DNA of 64,000 nucleotides. Origin: Pirellulales bacterium. GTDB taxonomy: Bacteria; Planctomycetota; Planctomycetia; Pirellulales; UBA1268. The notes beneath the pieces are model-generated. The model made no database searches and was not told where the DNA came from. It saw nothing but the letters and a program-made list of their open reading frames with translations. Each line of letters begins with the position of its first letter. Within the stretch, counting starts at the first letter, position 1. Of the stretch, positions 57,034 to 64,000 are shown piece after piece. The translations under genes were made by a program, and so were the position numbers. The stretch lies in NCBI GenBank assembly GCA_016779265.1, contig JADHNY010000003.1:12741-76740 (forward strand), read 5' to 3'.

Positions 57034-58755
57034 ATGGTTGATGGGAACAGTTCGTCTTCGCAGGCAGCAGCGGGCGGTGAACCGCCAGTCTCGGACAGGC
57101 TCACCCTGGAACGCGAGGTGCTCGCTGACGCTCGTCGTCGTGGGACCACTGCGACGCTGGCCGCCTACGTGAAACTTTCTGGTCCCGGCTGGCTGCAGTC
57201 GGCCATCACCCTCGGCGGCGGCTCGCTGGCAGGATCGCTCTATCTGGGTGTGATTGGTGGCTACGACTTTCTCTGGCTGCAGCCGCTGATGATGATTCTC
57301 GGCGTGGTGATGCTTTCGGCAATCGCCTACGTCACACTCTCTACCGGCCAGAGGCCCTTCGAAGCTATTAACACGCATGTGAGCCCTGTCCTCGGCTGGG
57401 GCTGGCTGCTGGCAGCGATGATGGCCAACCTCGTCTGGGCCATGCCACAGTTTTCCCTCGGCACTGCTGCGCTTCAGCAAAACCTGCTGCCCGAACTGCT
57501 TGGTGGGGATGCAGGGAAGTTTCTCTGCGTGCTCGGGCTGTTCTTAGTTGCCTCGGTGGTGGTCTGGTTTTACGACTCCGCCGGGATCGGGATGAAGATC
57601 TTTGACTGGGTGCTCAAGGCGATGGTCGGCCTGGTGGTGATCAGTTTCTTTGGCGTGGTGACGGCGATGTCGCTGGAGGGACTGCTTGACTGGGGACGGA
57701 TTCTGTCTGGCTTTACGCCAGACATCGGCTTGCTCTGGCATCCGGCGAAAGACCTGCAGCCCTTTATCGAGGCTTCGGGGAATGCGGGCTACTGGACGCA
57801 GGCGATCCTGGCCACGCAGCAGGAACGAATGATCGCGGCTGCCGCGACAGCGGTCGGCATTAACATGACGTTTCTCTTGCCTTACTCCATGCTGCGGAAG
57901 GGATGGGACAGTGGCTTCCGCGGTCTGGCTACCTTCGACCTTTCGACAGGGCTGTTTGTGCCATTTCTGCTGGCGACCAGCTGTGTTGTGATTGCGGCGG
58001 CGACGCAGTTTCACGCCCGTTTTGATCCAGTGGAAGTGGAGCTGCCGGCTGCGGAAATCAGCGGAGAGTTTCGCAGCAACCTCGAGAAGCGTCTGGCTGC
58101 CGATGAGGACGCTGAGGCCTTCGCTGCACTCGATGAGGCAGCGTTGAACGCCAAGATCGATGCGTTGCCGATCGCTGATCGGCAACTGGCTGTGATGCTC
58201 GTCAAGCGAGACGCCTTTGATCTCGCCAAATCGTTGGAGAATCTCTTCGGCGAAGGTGGGCTCACTCAGCGGATTTTCGGCGTTGGTGTGTTGGGAATGG
58301 CGGTCTCTACGATCATCATCCTGATGGTGATCAACGGCTTCTGCGTGACCGAGATGACCAGCCGCGCTGGTGACCGCGTCGTGCATCGTCTCGGGGCGGT
58401 TTTGCCCGGCGTTGTTGGTGGACTCGGTTTCCTGGCGGTGTGGGGAGATGACCAGGCCCGTTTCTGGCTGGCGGTGCCCACAAGCAACTTTGGGATGGCT
58501 CTGCTGCCGATCGCCTATGTCACCTTTTTCCTGATGATGAACAACCGTTCGCTTCTCGGTGATGCGATGCCACGCGGCCTGTTTCGACTGGTCGCCAACC
58601 TGGTGATGCTGCTGGCGATTGCAGTGGCTGGCGTTGGAGCTGGGATGTCGATCTATGCCAACCTTGGCTGGGGCGGGATGGCAGCGGTGGGCGTGTTTAT
58701 CGCGTTGATTTTTGCGGCGTCGTTCATGCACTCGTCTCGTCAGTCGGCAGCCTAG
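57034..58755 (+). CDS. NRAMP-fold (PF01566-like) transporter, non-canonical
   Basis: KLSGPGWLQSAITLGGGSLAGSLYLGVIGGYDFLWLQPL aligns by eye to MntH TM1, but DPGN is replaced by LGGG. 11-12 TM segments and a ~85-aa hydrophilic insertion. GGAGG lies upstream of ATG 57034. Confidence 0.65.
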   Translation: MVDGNSSSSQAAAGGEPPVSDRLTLEREVLADARRRGTTATLAAYVKLSGPGWLQSAITLGGGSLAGSLYLGVIGGYDFLWLQPLMMILGVVMLSAIAYVTLSTGQRPFEAINTHVSPVLGWGWLLAAMMANLVWAMPQFSLGTAALQQNLLPELLGGDAGKFLCVLGLFLVASVVVWFYDSAGIGMKIFDWVLKAMVGLVVISFFGVVTAMSLEGLLDWGRILSGFTPDIGLLWHPAKDLQPFIEASGNAGYWTQAILATQQERMIAAAATAVGINMTFLLPYSMLRKGWDSGFRGLATFDLSTGLFVPFLLATSCVVIAAATQFHARFDPVEVELPAAEISGEFRSNLEKRLAADEDAEAFAALDEAALNAKIDALPIADRQLAVMLVKRDAFDLAKSLENLFGEGGLTQRIFGVGVLGMAVSTIIILMVINGFCVTEMTSRAGDRVVHRLGAVLPGVVGGLGFLAVWGDDQARFWLAVPTSNFGMALLPIAYVTFFLMMNNRSLLGDAMPRGLFRLVANLVMLLAIAVAGVGAGMSIYANLGWGGMAAVGVFIALIFAASFMHSSRQSAA

Positions 58756-58829
58756 GGCCGCCGGGCGGCTGGGCAGACGCCATGTGGGCTTGCAGCGATG
58801 TGGCCAATCACTGAGGCTGTCACTCACTG

Positions 58830-61800
58830 ATGCGAACACCTGCTCTGCAACCTGACCTGCTGACGTCACGAAGATTCGGTGGTGCCCTGAGTCGAAGGGC
58901 ATCCGCCGCGGCTTGGCTGTTTGTCTGGTGCCTGCTGGTCACTGCCCGTGTGGCAGGGGCTCAGGGGCCAGTGGAGCGGCTGTTGACCATTCCAGCCGGA
59001 GCGGCCCAACCGCGGGCAGGCCAGGCGGCTGCGAAAGACCAGGAGCAGCCGACACCGAGAAACTCGGTGGTCCCCAATGCTGTTGGTGGGCAGGCTGCTG
59101 AGAGTGCCACGGGAGAGTCGCAGGAACCGGCTCCGCCGGCAGACGGTGAGCCGACGGCGACAGTCGAGGCCACATCCCAAGAACTCACTGAAAAGGCGGA
59201 TCGTTTCCGCAAGCAGCGGGAAAGCCTCGACCAAGACACGTCGGTCCCTGCAGAACTCAAGCCCCGCCTCGTTGAGCAGGTCGAAGGAGCGATCGAGGCT
59301 GTTGAGCGACAGCGGAGGCTCTCTGAAGAACTCAAAAAACTTCGGCAGACAGCAGCATCGGTCGACCAGAGAAAGCAGGCGGTCGAGACGGCTGCTGAGG
59401 AAGCGGTCGATCTTGGCCTGCAGAAGGTGTCTCCGACGGCTGATGTCGACGCTCTTGACGCGGCTCAGCGGCAGGCGGAGCAGGTGCTCGCGACCGTTTC
59501 CGATCAGGTAGCAAAGTTGACGGAGCAGATTGCTGCCCAGAAACGCGATGCCAAACTCCTGCCGCAGCAGATCGCCGATCTTGAAACAAAACTCAGCGGT
59601 CTGCAGGCAGACGTGCCCATTGAAGAAGGCACCCCTGCCGCACTGGCGACCGCTCTGCAGGTGGCCCACGAAGCCGCTCGGGATGCGGCGGCAGTAGAGC
59701 TTGAGGTCGCAAAGCAAAAAGTCATTACATACAACGCAGAAGCGGAACTCCTGCCACGTGAACTTGAGCAGCTGCAGCGGCGAACTGCTGCAGCCATGGA
59801 CGCAGTCGAGAAGATCAGTCAGCGGGCATCCCGACGCCGGCAGGACATGATCGTCACTCGTGTCGAAGAGTTCGAAAAAGTGCTCTCGGTGACATCGGGA
59901 GCGCGTCAGTCTCAGGCTGCCGACACGCTTGAGCTGTTTGACGAATGGAGTGATCTTGCCAAGGAAAGTCGTCTGCGAGCAGACGATCTCACGGCCACGC
60001 GTTCTCAGGCACGGTCACTGCAGGCTGGCTTGGAAGAGATGCAGGCTTTGGTCGACAGCGATCTCTCCACTGGCGGAGGGCTCAGTCGATCGGTTGGCTA
60101 CCTTCTGCAACGAACTCGCGGCAGCCTGCCGTCAGCCGCGGAAATCGCTCAACGTGGTGTCGAGCAGTCGCAGCGAGTTGAAGATATTCAAGACATACTG
60201 GCACGCATTAGCGGTCGGCTTGATGAGCTTCCTCCACCGATCGTCCGGGCCGAAGGTCGAGAGCCAGAGGCAGAGGTCGATTCACTTGAGCGACAGCTCC
60301 TGCAGGAGATGGACCGAGATGCGGAACGTTTTTTAACAGAAGCGTTGATTCCACTCGGCGTGGAGCAGGACAAGCTTGAACTTGTCGTTCGAACCTACGA
60401 GAGCCTGATCGATCGCAACCTCCTTTGGGTACGAAGCAGCCGTTTTTTCGATCTCAATAGTCTGTGGTCTGCAGGGCAGGGGCTTGCCGGTCTTCTGCAG
60501 TGGAGACGATTTGTTGAGCTGGGGCATGCGCTCCAACTGGCGGTTGCGGAACGTTGGGGAGTGGCGGTGCTCGGGGGGCTCTTAGTAGTCGGTCTCTTCG
60601 TGCTACGTCGCCTGTTTGTGAAACAGATTGTCAGGCTCGGAAGCCAGGCGAAGGGTCGTGGAGCGCTACGGCTGCAGACGACATTGCAAGCCATGGTTTT
60701 TACGGGCTTGGCGGCCACCCCCTACTACCTCGCTCTTTTCCTCGCCTCCTGGTTTCTCGCTGCCTCCAGCGAAGAACAGACATTTACCCATGCCGTCGCC
60801 GAGGCACTTGGACGCGTTGCCACGGTCTTGCTTCCTCTGGAACTGCTGCGGCAGCTTGTCCGCAATCACGGCGTCGCCCTCGCCCACTTCGCCTGGCCGG
60901 ATGTGATCATCATACCGGTGCGACGGACGCTGCGGCGTTCACTCCTGATCGGCTTGCCGCTGATCTTTCTCTGGTCACTCGTTGATATCGAAGCAGCGAG
61001 CCGAGACGAACTGATTGCTGCGGCTCGGCTGCTGTTTATGGCCGTGATGCTTGTGGTTGCTGTCATTTTCTCAAGCCTGGCACATCCGACGCGGGGTATT
61101 CCACGAGATGCGTTTCGTTCGAACACGCCCACACTCAAGTTCGGATGGCTCTGGCGACCGTTTGTGGTGGTGGTGCCTGCAGTGTTGGCTGGCCTCATGG
61201 CATATGGCTATGGCTACTCGGCCCGGCAGCTCACGGTCTCTTTCTATCAGTCGATCTGGGTCGTCGTGCTCTCGATTGGCTTCCACGGGCTTGCGAAACG
61301 CTGGCTACTGATCTCCCGGCGGCGGATGGCGCTTGAGGAGATGCGGGCCAAGGCGTCGGCACGTGAGCAGGCTGAGTCGATGGGAGTCGCTGCTGCGTCA
61401 GGTGTTGAACTCATCGAGATCAACCAGTTGGGTGTCACCGAGATCAACGAACAAACCCGACGACTGATCGATGCGGTTCTGTTTGTGTCGGTGCTCGTCG
61501 GGCTCTGGTGGATCTGGGCTCCGGTGCTCCCTGCGCTCGGGTTCTTAGAGCAGGTCACACTCTGGGAACTCCGCGCGGATGATGGAACGGTAACCGGCGC
61601 CGTCACGCTGGCGAGTCTGCTCGTGGCAGTTCCAATGGTGGTGCTCACGCTGATCACGGTGCGGAACACGCCCGGTCTTCTTGAGGCCGCCGTGCTACGG
61701 CACCTGCCACTCGATACGGCCACCCGCTACGCTATCACGTCGCTGACGAGTTATGTGTTGGCGGCGTTTGGGATTGCGGTCACGGCAGGCACGCTCGGGC

Positions 61801-62381
61801 TCACCTGGGCATCCATTCAATGGCTGGTTGCCGGCCTCTCCGTCGGCCTCGGTTTTGGCTTGCAAGAGATCGTGGCGAACTTCGTCTGCGGCATCATCCT
61901 GCTGTTTGAGCAGCCAATCCGCGTTGGTGATGTGGTCACGATTGATGGCATCGATGGGGTGGTCTCGCGTATTCGTATTCGGGCGACCACGGTGACCACC
62001 TGGGATCGGCAGGAATACATCGTTCCCAATAAAGATCTGATTACGGGCCGGGTGACGAACTGGACTCTGAGCGACTCCACCAACCGTATTCATCTGGTCG
62101 TCGGTGTGGCTTATGGAACTGACACACGCCGTGCCACCGAGCTGATTCGTGAGATCTGTGCCGCGAACCCGGATGTGCTTCCCGAGCCGGAAACGTTGAT
62201 CACGTTTGAGCAGTTTGCCGACTCCACGCTGAACATCAGCATCCGGGCCTACCTCGGCTTGATCGAGAAACGCCTGGTAGTGATTCACGACCTGCACACG
62301 GCGATCCATGAACGGTTTGCAGCCGAGGGGATTGAGATCGCCTTTCCGCAGCTTGATGTCACGGTGCGTCGTGAGCTGTAG
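58830..62381 (+). CDS. MscK/KefA-type large mechanosensitive channel (MscS family)
   Basis: Signal peptide, a ~500-aa coiled-coil periplasmic region, and multiple TM helices. C-terminal MscS core: GLGFGLQEIVANFVCGIILLFEQPIRVGDVVTIDGIDGVVSRIRIRATTV. Confidence 0.85.
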   Translation: MRTPALQPDLLTSRRFGGALSRRASAAAWLFVWCLLVTARVAGAQGPVERLLTIPAGAAQPRAGQAAAKDQEQPTPRNSVVPNAVGGQAAESATGESQEPAPPADGEPTATVEATSQELTEKADRFRKQRESLDQDTSVPAELKPRLVEQVEGAIEAVERQRRLSEELKKLRQTAASVDQRKQAVETAAEEAVDLGLQKVSPTADVDALDAAQRQAEQVLATVSDQVAKLTEQIAAQKRDAKLLPQQIADLETKLSGLQADVPIEEGTPAALATALQVAHEAARDAAAVELEVAKQKVITYNAEAELLPRELEQLQRRTAAAMDAVEKISQRASRRRQDMIVTRVEEFEKVLSVTSGARQSQAADTLELFDEWSDLAKESRLRADDLTATRSQARSLQAGLEEMQALVDSDLSTGGGLSRSVGYLLQRTRGSLPSAAEIAQRGVEQSQRVEDIQDILARISGRLDELPPPIVRAEGREPEAEVDSLERQLLQEMDRDAERFLTEALIPLGVEQDKLELVVRTYESLIDRNLLWVRSSRFFDLNSLWSAGQGLAGLLQWRRFVELGHALQLAVAERWGVAVLGGLLVVGLFVLRRLFVKQIVRLGSQAKGRGALRLQTTLQAMVFTGLAATPYYLALFLASWFLAASSEEQTFTHAVAEALGRVATVLLPLELLRQLVRNHGVALAHFAWPDVIIIPVRRTLRRSLLIGLPLIFLWSLVDIEAASRDELIAAARLLFMAVMLVVAVIFSSLAHPTRGIPRDAFRSNTPTLKFGWLWRPFVVVVPAVLAGLMAYGYGYSARQLTVSFYQSIWVVVLSIGFHGLAKRWLLISRRRMALEEMRAKASAREQAESMGVAAASGVELIEINQLGVTEINEQTRRLIDAVLFVSVLVGLWWIWAPVLPALGFLEQVTLWELRADDGTVTGAVTLASLLVAVPMVVLTLITVRNTPGLLEAAVLRHLPLDTATRYAITSLTSYVLAAFGIAVTAGTLGLTWASIQWLVAGLSVGLGFGLQEIVANFVCGIILLFEQPIRVGDVVTIDGIDGVVSRIRIRATTVTTWDRQEYIVPNKDLITGRVTNWTLSDSTNRIHLVVGVAYGTDTRRATELIREICAANPDVLPEPETLITFEQFADSTLNISIRAYLGLIEKRLVVIHDLHTAIHERFAAEGIEIAFPQLDVTVRREL

Positions 62382-63108
62382 CAGCAGCCGATGATGAGGG
62401 CTGGGCAGTCGCCATGTGCTCTGGGGCACTGATGCCCATCGAGAGATAAATGCTCATCATGGCATCGACGCTCATCTCGGCCGGCACGATGTTGTCCGCT
62501 GGCACAAACAGCAGCGCGCCGCCGAACGGAACCGGAGCGGTAGGGATGATCACCATCTGGTACTCACGTCCCTGCACCTTCACCCGTTCCGGTGAAACGA
62601 GAAAGGCTAGTAGGCCGCACTCACCACCTCCGCCGAAGAAGCAGAACACTGGTGACATGCCGCGGATGGCGTCGTTGTCTCCAGTATTAAACAGGTCGAC
62701 CATCTGTTTCGTGGTGCCATAGAGGCTGCCAATCAGAGGGATCCGTGAGAAAAAGGCGTCGGAGATTCTCACGAGAACCCTGCGGGCTCCTGCTTCGATC
62801 GCAGCACCGAGCAAAAAGATCACCACGAGCAGGATCAGCCAGCCGATCAGATAGGGCACGTGCGACTCTGGCCGAACGGAGAGCCCAAGCCGCGAGAGGC
62901 CCTTGCCAACTTGGGTTCCTGGCCCGACAAACCCGATGAGAAAGTCAACGCCCCAGACGACCGCTCCGATGGTGACCACCAGCGGCAGGAGGATCAGCAC
63001 CCCCGCCAGAAACATGCCGGTGATCCGCTTCCAGATCCATCCGAGTCCACCTGTCATCGTTGGCTCCTGCATACGGTCGAAGGGGTGTGCCTGCTGCATG
63101 CGAGGCAC
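62359..63108 (-). CDS. DUF502 family membrane protein
   Basis: KRITGMFLAGVLILLPLVVTIGAVVW...PLIGSLYGTTKQMV...GREYQMVIIPTAPVPFGGALLFVP. The start may be ATG 63072 or 63057. The 3' end overlaps the mscK-like gene by 23 nt (convergent). Confidence 0.6.
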   Translation of the reverse strand: MPRMQQAHPFDRMQEPTMTGGLGWIWKRITGMFLAGVLILLPLVVTIGAVVWGVDFLIGFVGPGTQVGKGLSRLGLSVRPESHVPYLIGWLILLVVIFLLGAAIEAGARRVLVRISDAFFSRIPLIGSLYGTTKQMVDLFNTGDNDAIRGMSPVFCFFGGGGECGLLAFLVSPERVKVQGREYQMVIIPTAPVPFGGALLFVPADNIVPAEMSVDAMMSIYLSMGISAPEHMATAQPSSSAAATAHDAP

Positions 63109-63213
63109 TGTTCAAAGTGGGCGAGGTGAAGTTGAATAAGGTTCGTCATCAGCCGGGCAGCGTACCGTTTGGTGAGATTTCTGTCCCCGTCCCGACACCT
63201 GACAAGCGCCGTG

Positions 63214-64000
63214 ATGGCTGATATTCCAGACCCATTTCGCAGCGATCGGCGGGCCACAGGTGTGCGTGCTTTTGTGGCGGGCGATGAGCGGATGCCGATG
63301 ATCCTGCGACATGGTGAGCTTCGAGAGGCGGCCAAAGACTGGCAGACGTTTTCCTCAGACGCTCCCTTTCGAGTGCCGATTCCGTCGGAAGAGCACCTCC
63401 GCAGTGTGCGGCAGCTGCCGATCGAGACGGACCCACCTGACCACAGCGACTACCGCACGCTGGTGGAGCCGTTCTTTCTGCGTGCACGGCAGCCGGAGTT
63501 TGTCGCTCGCGTGGAAGCGATCACAGCGGAGTTGCTGAAACAGGCCGTTGCCAGCGAATCCGTTGAGGTGGTCAGCGAGTTTGCTTTGCCGTTGCAGTCA
63601 CGGGCGCTGACGGTGCTTCTGGGGGTGCCCCAGCAGGAGGCTGAGCGGTTTATCGCCTGGGGTGTGCATGTCTTCCATGGTGAGCATGGCCTGCGACAGG
63701 CCCGGGAGCTTGAGGCGTACCTCGGTGCAGAGTTTGACCGGGCCGCCGCTGATCCTGGAGACGACTTCTACGGCGTGCTCACGAAGGCACGCTTCCGGGG
63801 ACGGCCGCTCTCTCGGGAGGAAAAACTCGGCTTTGCGAACCTCATGTTCGCCGGAGGCCGTGACACCGTGATTCATAGCGTGGCCACCGCGGTTGGGTAT
63901 CTGGCGGAGCATCCAGAGGCGTTTGCATTTCTGCGGGAGGATCCAGGCCGGATCGTGCACGCGGCAGAAGAGTTCTTTCGGGCATTTATGCCGCTGACAC
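63214..64000 (+). CDS. Cytochrome P450 (3' end beyond window)
   Basis: Absent from the ORF track because no stop is reached. Hand translation from ATG 63214 is open to nt 64000: MADIPDPF...ETDPPDHSDYRTLVEPFF...I-helix MFAGGRDTV...K-helix EEFFR. Confidence 0.75.
   Translation, partial: MADIPDPFRSDRRATGVRAFVAGDERMPMILRHGELREAAKDWQTFSSDAPFRVPIPSEEHLRSVRQLPIETDPPDHSDYRTLVEPFFLRARQPEFVARVEAITAELLKQAVASESVEVVSEFALPLQSRALTVLLGVPQQEAERFIAWGVHVFHGEHGLRQARELEAYLGAEFDRAAADPGDDFYGVLTKARFRGRPLSREEKLGFANLMFAGGRDTVIHSVATAVGYLAEHPEAFAFLREDPGRIVHAAEEFFRAFMPLT

Noticed and set aside
57544-58902. 452-aa ORF antisense to the NRAMP-like gene
   Set aside because: It is a shadow ORF opposite a multi-TM transporter. 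Its product is His/Arg-rich and non-membrane.

Overview
Gene-dense, roughly 60% GC chromosomal segment with about 46 protein genes and 1 tRNA. I found no rRNA, CRISPR array, transposase, integrase or phage gene. The gene content points to Planctomycetota: a DUF1559 pseudopilin-like H-X9-DG protein, a PSCyt/DUF1549/DUF1553 + DUF1501 gene pair, a Cys-type sulfatase, and a giant modular secreted S8 protease with a basic 'LEQRLCLSA' N-terminus. Most of the window is housekeeping: cysD-cysNC, infA, prfB, dprA, lysA, tex, gcvP, glyA, aguBA, galM, lctP. Several features were recovered by reading the DNA and are missing or mis-shaped in the ORF track. These are tRNA-His(GTG), the +1 programmed frameshift of prfB (CTT TGA C), and a tandem glycine riboswitch in front of gcvP, which moves the gcvP start to 32238. 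They also include several hairpin terminators, a 39-aa membrane ORF, and a cytochrome P450 gene running off the 3' edge. I do not see an overt defence or mobile island. The most unusual item is an archaeal-type topoisomerase VI A / Spo11 homologue with no Top6B anywhere in the window; it is operonic with an unrecognisable 99-aa helical protein. Other items worth a second look are the non-classical N-terminal motif of the 1463-aa subtilase, an acetoacetate-decarboxylase-like + flavin-halogenase-like gene pair, and an NRAMP-fold transporter lacking the canonical metal-binding motifs. All functional calls come from motif recognition by eye, since no database search was possible. Start codons are often uncertain in this high-GC DNA.
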